NCBI GenBank assembly: GCA_900617105.1
Contig: UYFQ01000373.1
Coordinates: 62,001 to 126,000, forward strand
Direction of reading: 5' to 3'
Length of the DNA: 64,000 nt
Source of the DNA: Hydrurus foetidus
Taxonomy: Eukaryota
The notes under the pieces are model-generated. The model had not been told where the DNA came from. It saw nothing but the letters and a program-made list of their open reading frames with translations, and did not search any database. This document shows, in pieces, positions 37,601-49,581 of the stretch. The first letter of the stretch is position 1, and every line of letters starts with the position of its first letter. Both the position numbers and the translations under genes were made by a program.

Positions 37601-40600
37601 GAAAACAAAAAGGGTAGAAGAAGCGGAAAATATTTTTTGGCAGCAAATACCGAGTAGGAATTTAACGTATTCTGTCGCCACTACGAACAGTTTGATGTAC
37701 ATGTATGCGAAGTTAAACAGACCAGATGATGCGCTAAAAGTGTACGAACTCGCTAAAGGTGCGTACGTGCGAATGTTGTATGCTCATACGTATTGATGAT
37801 TGCATTACCATGTGTTTACATATTTATTGTAAATGTTTATGTTCCCTTTTATTCGTCTATGTGCACGCATGATTACGTCTTTTTATGCATTCATTCTTGA
37901 AACAATGATTTAGAGTGTATTAAATAAGATCAATGTACTGAGATTTGAGAATAAAAACAGTCTATCCTTTATTACACACCCTACATCAACTTTATCTGAT
38001 TGTTCGTACACAATTTAATGTGACGTTTAGGTATGGGTTTGAAATGTACGGTTGTAACGTACGGGGTGCTTATCAAAGCACTGATGAGGTCTGGCAAAAA
38101 ACAGGTAAACAAAAATAAAGTTTCCTGTATTTTGAATGTATTTTTTATTTTAGGCATTAAGCTTTGTCAAAACAATCATTACAAATTTTCGCATTTATTT
38201 TTTATTCTTGTGTGTCTGGTGAATTCGAGCACTCATGGAAGACTAATCCTAGAAATGTTGCTACTTTAATTGCTCTATTACATTCTACCAACTCACTACT
38301 CCCCTCGCACACATTTCCTGTTTTCTTCTATTTTCGGTGCCTTTTCATATCTTCATTCCGACTTCTGTCATATTATTTTCATTTATTCATTTTCATTTTC
38401 AGCTTCAAGAAACTTCTTTTGAAATTCTTCGGTCACTTCCAGAAATGGGAATATTCCCTGGAACAGAGGTACGCTAGGAACAACAGTGCAAAGAACGTTC
38501 TTCTCCATTCCTACGCTTTTCTTCTAATTGACTGCTTTTTTATCGTATTATTCATATTAAATTTGTCTCCTGTCTTTTATTCTATCATTTCACCAATCTC
38601 ACAAAATGAAAACGTATTTGAACGTACGATCATCATTTTATTTTTCCTCCTCAGCTATTATTTCAATTTTTTACGTAGGTGTATAATCAATTTTTGGAAC
38701 ATTACGCCAGAACACACGATTTCCGCCAAACAAAGAACGTACTTCGTCTCATGTCCCAAAGCAAACCAAGAGCAAAACCGGATGTTGTTAGTTACGGATA
38801 TTTGATTAGGTACGCATGTCTCTTTTTTTAGGAATTCAATTCGTAGTTTGTCTACGATACTCATTCTTTCCCTAGAGCAATTTTTTTTCCTATTCATCTC
38901 TCTCTCTCTCTCACCCACCCACCCCCACCTCTCTCCTCATCTGTCCTATCCTCTCCACCAAGTCACTCCACCTCCCTTCCTCATTCTTCATTCCTCTCTC
39001 TCCACTCTTCCTTCCTCCCTCCCTCCTCTCTCCCTCCTCCCTCCCCTACCTCCTTCTCCCCCACCTCCCTCCCCACTCCCTTCCCCCCACTCCTTCCCCC
39101 CTCCAGTTGTTTCGCAGAGTCGAAGAAGCCTCGATCTGCACTCACCGTGTTTCACCAGATGCGCAAGAGAAGAATCGCTCCTAACGGCTACACGTACATG
39201 GGGGTGCTCAAAGCACTCAGCCACATGAGGGACGGGCTGAGCGCCGTACAGGTAAGCATGTCGTGCGTTACATTACTTCATTTCTGTTATTATTTATTTC
39301 TTTAATTTCCGTGTGTTCTTCGCGTCACATCTATCCGACCAGCAGTGTTGGTTTCCTCTGTCACTCCTTTCCTTGCGCGCACTCACTTTACTTATTGTAC
39401 CTCCTTTGCTTGCATTTATCACCTTGTCTCTTATCCTTTACTCTTCTAACCCTGACGCCTTCCGACTCTCTCTTTCTCTTTCCCCCCCTTTCTTTCCTTC
39501 TCCTCCTTCCCTCTACTCTCCTCTCCCTACCCATCTTTCTTTTCCTCCCCCTACAGGTCATTGGTGAGATGAGGGAGAAGGGAGTAGTGCCGGATAAGAA
39601 GCACTACGCAATGGCAATGTTCGCCTGCGTCACCAGCAACCAGTGCGGCCTGGCAGAAAGCATCTTTGCCATGTACGTACGCTATATCGTGTGTTGTACA
39701 TGCAATTCCCTCATGGAGTACATTAGGACGCACTCTGAAAAACGACTGCAGTAGCTGTTTAGTTTCACGTTATTCCATAATTATATTGCACATCACTTCA
39801 CACTCGACAAATTGCCTTTAATGTCTTCATTTGAGAGTCCGCTCCACCCAACCCCCCAACCCACTTTATTACCACTGTACACTATCCCTCTCACCCGGAC
39901 CTCTCCCAATACAACTACACCCCACACGACCTCACTTCACCTCATGCCATGTCACCCCTACCTCACTCCCACACCATCTCGCCTCACCTCATCTCATTTC
40001 TCGTGTGTGTTGAAATGTAGGTACGTACGTATGGGAGAACGCCCCGATGCCGCGCTGTACACTTTGTTCTTGCGTGCGTTACTGCAGCAGGGCAAATGGC
40101 AAGAAGGTAATTTAAAATTAGATAAACAGCGCTGTGAATTGAGTCACCTTTACTGCCTTTTTAATGTAATTTTTTATATAGCAAATTATTTACTCACACG
40201 TTTATTTATCTACTTATCTAATTATCTTTATTGATGTGTTTAATTACTTTTTTATGTATTTTTGATATGAACTATACTTTTTCTTTTCGATCTTATTCAT
40301 GACTTGGATTATTCGTACAGGCATGTTATTGTTTCGAAGAATGTTGATCGGCAAAGACATTTTAGGCCGACCCAACCACCACACACTGAACACCTTGCTA
40401 CAGTATCAGGTAAGCGCTGTCAAAGTCCAGTCAAAACAGAACAGCACTGTAGATGATTTTTTTGAAGCATATTTGACGAATATAGAGTGAGAATCGTTCT
40501 TCTCAGCAGTCATATTTGAGTACAAAAAATGGTAATCCTGTTTAATTGTGACTTGGACAATATGTATGTACGTACGTATGAGATTCCAGTCTAGAGTTCA

Positions 40601-43600
40601 GGGTCCGTTGTAACCTGTACTGCACGAAGGGAAAATGAGGAAAATGTAAATTTGCAAACTTGTCATTTTTCGTATTTGTGTCCTATCGTCACGCACAACT
40701 TTTTTCTTCTTACGTACATACTTTTCCTCTCTTCTCACTTTTTGCTTTTCATTTTATTTCACTATTACAGGTGTCTGATTCTCGTTGGTCGGAAGCACTG
40801 AAGACTCTTGATCTGATTCTACTATTGCAACAACCTTTCGAAGAAAACGAAGCACCCATTGTAAGTACTGCCAGTTCGTCCGTTACCCTGCATTCTAACT
40901 TTTATTATCTTCTGCTTTACGGAGAACCACTCGTGTGCCTCCTCCTTTTACCTTCTCTTTCTTCCCTCTATGACTTTGATTCTCCCTTCTTTTCCTTTTT
41001 CTTCACTTTCCCTTTTCTGACTTCTCTTCTCCCATTTTTCTTCCTCCTTCCCTCTTTCCCATCCTCAACTTTAATCCCCTTCTCCCATGCTCCATCCCTA
41101 TTCCCCTTCCACCCCCTTACCTTCCCTTCTCATCCCCCGAACCCTTTCAATTGACCCCCCAGCCGTCTCACCCGTCACTCCTTCCGGTGCATCTCCCAGT
41201 GGCAACGCTGGCAACACAGTAGGGGCCAGCTCTACCTCGGTAGAGTTTGGGGAGCTGTACACCACCGGTACGTACGTGTCTGTGTGCGTTTTGTAGGACC
41301 TGCTGATATTTAGTACCTCTAAATCATCATTTTTTCTCTCCTCCTTCGTCTACGCTAAGATACTCTACATTGTGCAACAGTACAGTGTAGTATAGCGTGC
41401 TTCACTGTCCATTGAAAATGTCAGAAATCAGACTTCGTAGTGTTCAACCTAAACCGTTCCTTTTTTTCATCCCAGCGAGGCGGATTTTCATCCGAAACCG
41501 TAAAGCGATGACAATCATCAGCAGCGGAAATGCCCCCCCTCTCACCAGGTAAAAACATGTAAAATGTTACACAGAAGTGATGAATAGATTCATAGATAGA
41601 TAAATAAATTCATAGATGGATGGATGGATAAATAGATAGACAGATAGGTAGGTACGCAGAGAATTGTCTGAACGAATCATTAGATGTACGAAATGACTGA
41701 TACGTAGATAAATTAGATGCTTCTTCTATTTGTTTTGGATGAATAAGGAGATGAGGGGAATCGAATAAAAAACAATTGATGGAATGAACCTTCTTCTCTT
41801 TCACCTCACCGTCCCTTACCCCTATCCCTCATCCCGTCCCGTCCTCCCCACACCCTATCCACCCCCACATGTACGTACTTCCCATACCCAGCACGTTCAC
41901 CGCCCTCTCTCACGGGTTGGGATCGTACAGTTCTCAGCTCCAGAAAATGCAGAGAGAAGATGTAGCGTACGCGCCTAGAAAGCAGGAAGGTTCGCAGGAA
42001 TTTAGCAGAGGTACGGCCAACTGGAATTATTAAGATATCTTCATTTTGTATTCTCACCTTCTTTGTTTTCATCTTAACTGCTTTCATACTGTCGACTTAT
42101 CCATTTTATTGCATTTCCTCCTCTCCCTCACGTTATCACACCCTTTTTCTGTCTCTTGATCTTCATCTAACGCGTAACTCTATGTTTCTATGTAACCCTG
42201 TTCTTTTTTGTGCCCTCTCACTCTCCTCTCCTTCTTCCTATTTTTTCCCTCCTTTTCTTCTTCTTCTTTTCTTCCGATATGCATACCATCAATCACATAA
42301 CTGTCACTCTCTTTCTTCACATTCTTCGTCCTCCCTCCCTTTCTCTTATTCTCTTCCCAAACATTTCTGTTTTCCCCTCTATCCCACTTACTGACTTACC
42401 CCGTCCTCTCTTACCTCTCATTCCCTCTCCCAACATCACTCTATTCCACTCCTTCTCAGTCACCGACATTCCTCCTCCTGTTCCCTCCGCTCTGGGCTTC
42501 CTCATCGATGCTACGGAACTCATCGGCACGTACGAATCCGCCTTCTTTCAAGTACGTACTACACCGTACGGTAGCAACTACTCTTATAAATTGGTCAACA
42601 CATTTATATTCTTATTATTATTGTTATCAGTAAATATCGTTTTTATTGAATACGTCAATATTGTTACTGCCATCATTGGCAAGTATCATTATTGTCGCTT
42701 CTGTTATCTCTGAAACAACTCATAAATAATTACGTGCTGTTCAATTATTTCGGTTTTATGATGAATTCAGTTTCTAATCATTTTTCAACATTTTTGTTGA
42801 CTTTGCTCCTGAGGCCGCTGAAAACCAAAATTCAAATGATCTTAAAGAAATGCATGAAATAGCCCTGTTTTAACTTGTTTTATCCTGTATAGAATCTACT
42901 GCCCCAAGAAATCGTAGAAAATTTAACATATAATTCTTTTCCTTTTCTTTCTTTTTTTCTCCTCTTTATTTGACATTCACTTGTCGTCATTTCCTTCATT
43001 TATCGTACTTCTACATTGTCTTCGAAGGGGCTAATACTTACATTACACTTATTCAGTGACATCATCACGTGTTTTTTATCTTTAAAATGAGGCGCAACTC
43101 AAGGACATAAAAATAAAAAACAGTGCAGAACTAACTTACACATTTTTCATTTTCTAAATTACGAAATCATTGAATTTTTTGGTTTTATGATGAATTCAGT
43201 TTCTAATCATTTTTCAACATTTTTGTTGACTTTGCTCCTGAGGCCGCTGAAAACCAAAATCAAATGATCTTAAATAAATGCATGAAATATTCATCTTTTA
43301 TCGATACAAAGCAATACAATACAACACGTGATATTCGATATTATCTATCACCACTCTATTTTATGATCACAGCAAATACATCATAGATAGGAACACCATG
43401 CACTCACCGATAACATTCCACATTTCAAATATCAAAAATTGATCGAAACATAATCATTAATATTCAAAATACTGACTGATCTTTTCTTTCTGCACTTTCA
43501 GGCGGACTTTTATTTAGAACTGTTGAAAGCTTGCATTTTAGAAGGAGAAACTCCTTTGGCCAAAAAATTGCTCAGTCTGAGATCTATCGGACAGGTAACT

Positions 43601-44154
43601 TTTATTTGATTTTTCATGATTTTTTTTTTTTATTGCTGATATCATAAATAAACATTTCACTATTCATGTGTTGTACTCACAGTCTGTCTCGTTATGATGT
43701 GATGACCCCACATACTGATTGTCACATAAAAAATCTGATACACACGTAACTAATTATAGCACGATAAATTGTCTGTAAATTTTATCAACCATAGCATTAA
43801 GGTTGTTTCTACAATCAGTTGAAGTTATTCCGTTTTATTGAACTCTCTACCCTACATGTCTTGTAGCGACAATGCGTATGTGTTGATTTCGTTTTACTTT
43901 TCGTACATAATTGTTGACATCAATACTATTTCAATTTTTAGGTTCGACTAAGAGACGATGATGACGAAAAAATTAAAAACATTGAAGAATTAGCGAGAAA
44001 AGCTCTTTCATCCTCAGCCGGAAGTAATGGCAAGAAAAACAGTAACTCAAAAAGTTCCAGTACAATGGGCGCAAATTTAACGGAAAAGAAAAAAACGAAA
44101 AAAACTGTTCAAAATTCCAATTTTTCGGATGATGAAGAAGTAGATGATTATTGA
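31651..44154 (+). CDS. Putative plastid-targeted protein with two PDZ-like domains followed by a PPR tract (~25 exons)
   Basis: Exons 31651-32034, 32348-32423, 33332-33389, 33613-33659, 34043-34117, 34484-34576, 35487-35536, 35763-35852, 36231-36543, 36781-36909, ~37219-37758, 38031-38104, 38403-38468, 38679-38809, 39107-39251, 39557-39672, 40021-40106, 40321-40408, 40771-40864, 41163-41267, 41476-41548, 41892-42010, 42460-42551, 43502-43594, 43942-44154 splice in frame. Signal-like 'SFLLLLSVLMADILIVNS|F'. PDZ-like segments 'YEVTLGRDIGIEIVQ...VAVGSKAEQLGLLVGDMILATSATAGDNMW' and 'VRLKRPIGLHVME...AKSRRIQVGDQIVAMTASWGDRMWEV'. PPR motifs include 'PNNFVCTTAVKAYGR', 'KPDTYLLSSLL', 'TVVTYGVLIKAL', 'KPDVVSYGYLI', 'APNGYTYMGVLKAL', 'VPDKKHYAMAM', 'RPDAALYTLFLRAL'. 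Confidence 0.8.
42752..43289. repeat. Near-identical ~109-bp direct repeat (42752-42861 and 43181-43289) within one intron
   Basis: GGTTTTATGATGAATTCAGTTTCTAATCATTTTTCAACATTTTTGTTGACTTTGCTCCTGAGGCCGCTGAAAACCAAAA...GCATGAAATA occurs twice with only 2-3 differences. Confidence 0.9.
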
Positions 44155-45801
44155 AATGACGGCATGCGTTGACAAGTACGTACGTAGGTACGTACATGAA
44201 TCAATACGAATCAAACAATAGACAATAGCAATATGAAAGAATAGAAAAGAGTTTCTTCAAGACTGATAAAAGAAAAAATGTACATACACTATAAAACAAA
44301 ATAAAATCAGTTTGTCAACAAACGAAAGAAAATTTTTCACATTGGAATGTAAAAATTGCCAAAATTCATAATAAAATCTATTCGCTTTCATTTATACAAG
44401 TGTGTAATTGTTAAGTCAATTTTTTAACATTTGTTGCCTGCTAAAACAAAAAATATTTGAAGAGACTTTTTCCTTTTTCTTGCACTGTTGTATCATTGTG
44501 TATCGGCCTCGAAATGGTTCATTCTAAATTGCATCTCATCTTGACGTGAAATCCTGAAAGGGTTCCGGGTGAGTGAGAGAAGTGCTACGTACTGTACGGA
44601 CATCAATCCCTTTTGTGGCGTGTGTGACACTTACATACGTCACTAAGTGCGGAAAATACAAAATACAGTCTATGAAACAGTCAGCCTATTACTCGCGTGA
44701 ATACGGAGTACAGATTATTCTCCTTAATGCAGCTGAAATCCGATCAATCAAACTACATAAATCGTATCTATCCAAAAAGAGCTCAGAGCTGATCAAATCT
44801 TTCTTCTCTCGGTATCCGGTAGGAAAAACCAAACATTCGAAGAAATTAGATGATGTAAGTCACGCTACGATTTAGAATCCGAACCGTTTTTTTTTTTAAT
44901 ATGTTACTTTCCCTGCCATCTGCCCTCCCTCCTTTTCAAAAAACTCTCTTGTTGGTAAGTGTAGTTTTTACTTCGTACGTATGTACACTACCAGGACAGA
45001 AGAAAGTGTCCGAAACACAGAACGAGAACATGTTTGAGCACTGTTGAAATCACTGTTTCATTTTCACTTTGGATTCGTTCATACCATCGGACATTTTATT
45101 CTGTCTCGGTAGTACTTGGTGTCAAAACATTCCGTGACTGAACATTCTTCCTTCTATCTATCCACATTCTGTACACCTTGACACTGAAGTGTACAGCACA
45201 ACGGAGACCGTTCGCATCGTGAAGACGTTGTCCAGCTTTATTGTTGATGGCGGGAATCGTATGACATGTGACGTAACTATCGCGTGCAATGAGACCATCT
45301 GCTAAAATGTCAAATACTTTCGCATAGAACACAAAAAATGTGAGAGATTTTAACTGACTTTAACTTGTTGCGTGCAATTACGATACACAATTATTTGACA
45401 TCACCATGACAAATAACAAGGTTTTATTTGTTGCCGGTAATCACGGTTAAATTTGGCGGATTAAAAAACTTCTTTTAATTGACGTTCTTTTAATATTTAT
45501 GGCAGAAATCAAATAGAAAGTGAGAAATATAAATAACATAAAATATACCATTTAACTTTATTTATGTAAGAAACAACTTACACGTAAATCATCAGAACAA
45601 AATCAGAAAAGAACTGTTGCTCTTCTAAGGAACAAATAAATTTAAATCGTAAAAAAACAAAACATTTTATCACTACATCATACACCATTTTTCATGAACA
45701 TCTTTTCTGACCATTACTTGTAGAAAACTTAGCATTTTTGAAATTCAATTCCTGTAAAATTGTCAGTTTTTCCTGTCTTGATACCCCTATTTTGGCAGTT
45801 T

Positions 45802-48800
45802 TTATGCTTTTACGTCTGATAAGATGATTGCATCTAGTTGCTGTAGTGTTGGAACGATTGACAGTAAGTTCGCACGGTACTCTGGATCCTGAATTCCAGA
45901 AAAAAGATGGAGATAGAATTTGTCAGAGAGGTCGTGAGTAGCAGGTGATTGTGTGATGAAGTAAGTTAGTCAGTGAGCAAATTTGTGCGTCAGTGAGGAA
46001 GGAAGTAGAGAGGTAAGTAACTGAGTGGGTACGTAATTAAATAGGTAACGGAGTGTATCAATAAACCAGTCAGTGATTCAGTAGAGATATTTGGCGTGAC
46101 CAACTGACTGCATTCAACAGATGGGATGCATCAAGGTTTAATACTTAATGGACACAAGCCCTTTAAGATGATGTACACATCGTGACATCAATACAATACA
46201 ACAAACGGGACAACACATGATGCAAAACAATCTGTAAGAACAGAAATTATTGTAGAAATTGTTATATGACATGGCATCAAGCAGTAAGACAGACGCACTT
46301 TGCCCTATTGTACTCAGCGAACGTGTTCATGTTAACATCACTCAAACACACGACATTTGCAACACAACACAACATATTCAAATTTCAAATAAACATTACA
46401 TATTGCCGAAGTCACAACTAACAGGAATACAATGTTTTTCTACTAGAAATTGTCCGCTGAGAACTACGTAAATCACTCAATATTCGTCAAATATGCTTCA
46501 AGAAAATCCTCAGTTGTGCTGTTTGTTTTGACTTCGACAGTATTCATATGTCACCTTCGCAACGGGAGAGTGTTCGAGATAAACACACACGAGAGATGTG
46601 AGGCAGCTCAGCGGTTTAAGTGATTCGAAAGAATCAATCGCACTTTTGGTCATCCATAACTCTTCAATACTGATGTACTGAAAACAGAAAAAATGTCATC
46701 AAAAAAATGAAATTTGTAAAATGAAATAGTGAAAAATTGAGAGAAATAAAAATTTACAATTCTTGAGAAACGCAATTTAGCGGAGAGGTGTGGAGAGAAT
46801 TGAAAATCAATCTGATCGAAGGAAAAAACAAAAAACGATATTCGTGTAACGTACGTATTTACCTGCTGAATACCTTCCAAAGAAAAAATCGGATTGTTTG
46901 ATAAATCGACCGTATTAAGCCCTGCACTCTGTGGCAGCCCACACACCGATTCAATGGCATTGCACGCCAGATATAACTCTGCCATATTAGAGAGGGATAG
47001 CAGTCTTGTGCCGATGCTCCTCAGTCGATTGTTCTGAATGTCCAACTGCCTTAAATTCAACAAATTTTCGATACCTGATATCATCAAATATTTTAAGTGC
47101 GTCATTAACATGATAGTTGTAATTCATTAAACTTGAAGTTTTATTACGTTAAAGTGCGTACACAAGTAATAAGGATTGTACGTTTCCTTGCGTGTGTTTA
47201 AAAGTAAATTGGACGATAAATTATCTTTAAAAGTTATCTTGGTACTACAGAATCAGAATAAAACGGTTCCGGTTCAGTGTGAGAGCCCCATACTAAACCG
47301 GAACTATTTTATTCATCTCCCGTAATACTTTAGTCATTTTAATTGTAAGAATAGAAGTCTTGCACCATGTTCATGGATCTGACATTTAGTCGGACATTCA
47401 TCATAAGTCATGTGTTCAGTCCAATCTTGTATACCAGATTCATGCTGTGCAATGACCATACAAGATTACTTCATTTCTACTTTTCTCCGGACAAGTGTTA
47501 TACAACAAACTATTGTTCATACAATTAAGCTATCTACATCGTACAACCTGCCCACAAAATCTGACAAAAATAGGACTATATCTCTCCTATTAAATAGAGA
47601 ACAAAAAATTCAAATTTCATGAAAAGTACGAACCGCCACCAATTTCTTCAATTTTATTTTTTCCCAGCCAAAGTGCCTTTAGGGATGACAAAGTTTCAAT
47701 CCCTTCCATAGACTAGAAGAAATAAGTGGGGTTAGAATTTTATGACACTGCTAAGTTGAAAATATTGACATCTAATATAGACAAATAAGTAATTGCGAAA
47801 ATACAATAGATACCATAGAATTTGTTTCGCTAAGAGCGCTGATTGTGTAGTGAATTCAATTGGCAAGCAGCATTATAGTGTAGATAGATATTATATAGTA
47901 CATATAGAAAAGGTGCAAATATCATGATTTTAAGTATTTAGGTCTCGAAAATAAATAAAGAAATGCATGGCTACAAAAAGTACTTGGTAAATTCCAAAAT
48001 AAAAATTTACAATACTTGTGAATTATTCAAGACACGATATGATTAAAATCTATGAAGTAGTGTAAATGTCTCCACTTACTCTTATTCTATTTGCGCCCAA
48101 ATCCAGAATCCGTAATTTTGAGAGACCTTCAAGCCCTTCTATTTTCCGTAATTTGTTCTGAGCGATGTACAATTCTGCGTACGTACATACGTATTTTGAA
48201 AGTGTGTCCGTACGTGAGTATGTGTATATCGAAGAATACAAAAAATGTGTGAGTAATCTCAATAGTATCAAAAATAAATCTCACACAAATCAAAAAAATT
48301 CAAAATTCTTACCTTCCAATTTCGGACAGCATTGAGCTAAATTAGGAACCATTTTTCTTATCGCATTAAATGACAAATCCAATATTAATAAGTTCGAAAG
48401 TCGTTCAAGTGAAGATATTTGTTCAATTTGATTGTCGTATAATTCTAGTTTCCTAAGCGTAAGAAGATTCTCAATTCCTTCCATGCTTCCCACAAGACAC
48501 GACCGGAGAATTAAGTCCTTAGGTGCGTTGAGAAGTGTTAGGAATGATGAGTCAGCCAGTGAGTGATCTTTAGAATAAAAGTCTTCCGATTGTGATGCAA
48601 GCTAAACAGTAATTTATGTACAAAAGTCATTTCGATCCCGAATATCTCACGCACTGTAAATTCTATCAGTATCAGCACAGTGTGGCAAGACAGTGTGGTA
48701 TTTGCCAATGATGCATACTCTTCACATCAACACATTCGCACCTTTATCTTCTTCATTTTTCCGAGGCCTGCAATGCGGGTCACTTTGCCACCCCAGGTGC

Positions 48801-49172
48801 CGATAACGTATATAATTTCGTCCTCATCGGTGAATTCAATGACATCGGCAGGAGTCACATTTCGTTCCGCTGGAGGGACGTGATCTATTCAAAGTGTGTC
48901 GTAGCAGGTTAAGATATTAAAGCCGCTAATGGTCGTGAGTATATAAAAGACAGGCTCAAAAAGGAACGGGCCAATAGGGTACCGTGATCAGCCTCGTGAT
49001 CGTCATCATTGTCACTGTCGTCATGATCTGGTTTAATCATGCCTCCCGCGAAATTGGCATTCCTTACCCTATCTGGCATCTCAACTCTCACTTTTGAAAA
49101 TTCCATTTTTGCAGTGGCAGTGCATATCTCTTCAATGTTGTCGTCAAGATTCTCCGTGGATTTGGTTGCCAT
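45802..49172 (-). CDS. SDS22: Protein phosphatase 1 regulatory subunit 7 (SDS22-like LRR protein), 8 exons
   Basis: Exons approx. 48983-49172, 48740-48885, 48313-48519, 48080-48174, 47634-47712, 46864-47073, 46555-46678, 45802-45888. SDS22-type LRRs 'LRKLELYDNQIEQI', 'LDLSFNAIRK', 'ELYIAQNKLRKIEGL', 'LDLGANRIR', 'LWLGKNKI', 'LDIQNNRL', followed by the LRR cap 'VYLEHSPVAKDPEYR...PTLQQLDA'. Confidence 0.9.
46401..46542. mobile_element. ~142-bp TA-flanked MITE (SDS22 intron)
   Basis: Ends TATTGCCGAAGTCACAA / TTTTGACTTCGACAGTA are imperfect inverted repeats. The body is nearly collinear with the copy at 53719-53862. Confidence 0.75.
47243..47327. repeat. Short inverted repeat / possible mini-MITE (SDS22 intron)
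   Basis: GAATAAAACGGTTCCGGTTCAGT pairs with ACTAAACCGGAACTATTTTATTC. The termini (TACTAC..CAGAATAAAA / TTTTATTC..CGTAATA) resemble those of the element at 56964-57178. Confidence 0.55.
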
Positions 49173-49581
49173 CGGAGCAAATTTGTGCTCCTATTGGTAG
49201 CAATTTCTTTAGATATCCATCGAGAGTCTTTCTTATCACTACGCGATTCCTATCAGATTCTCATGCCTTCAACTGGTTTCAGCATCTAATAAAAATAATA
49301 ATGATCCAATAAAAAGGAAAATCACCTAAAAAATCCCAATTCTTTGTCACGATTTTGGGGCTTGATATTTTGAAAATATTTGAATTCACTAGTGTCTGCT
49401 GCTTCTTGTCTCTGACGTTACTTTTGAGGTTACCAACTTCGAGATTGCGATGAGGTGCCACTTTCTCCGCTGCGAACGTAGCGCAACTCAACTGTAACGA
49501 CAGGTTAGGCCCCTGGCCGTTGCAACGAGTTCCAGGAAGCATTATTCTGCTAGGATTCCAGTAATCAAAACAATTACACTG
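49173..49581. promoter_or_regulatory. Probable bidirectional promoter between SDS22 and FANCD2
   Basis: Only 409 bp separate the two divergent start codons (49172 on minus, 49582 on plus). The promoter role is inferred from this geometry only. Confidence 0.55.

Noticed and set aside
45096..45332. 78-aa minus-strand ORF and an ATTGCAC (U1 loop II-like) motif between convergent genes
   Set aside because: No homology recognised, and the U1 5' ACTTACCTG and Sm site are not in the expected positions.
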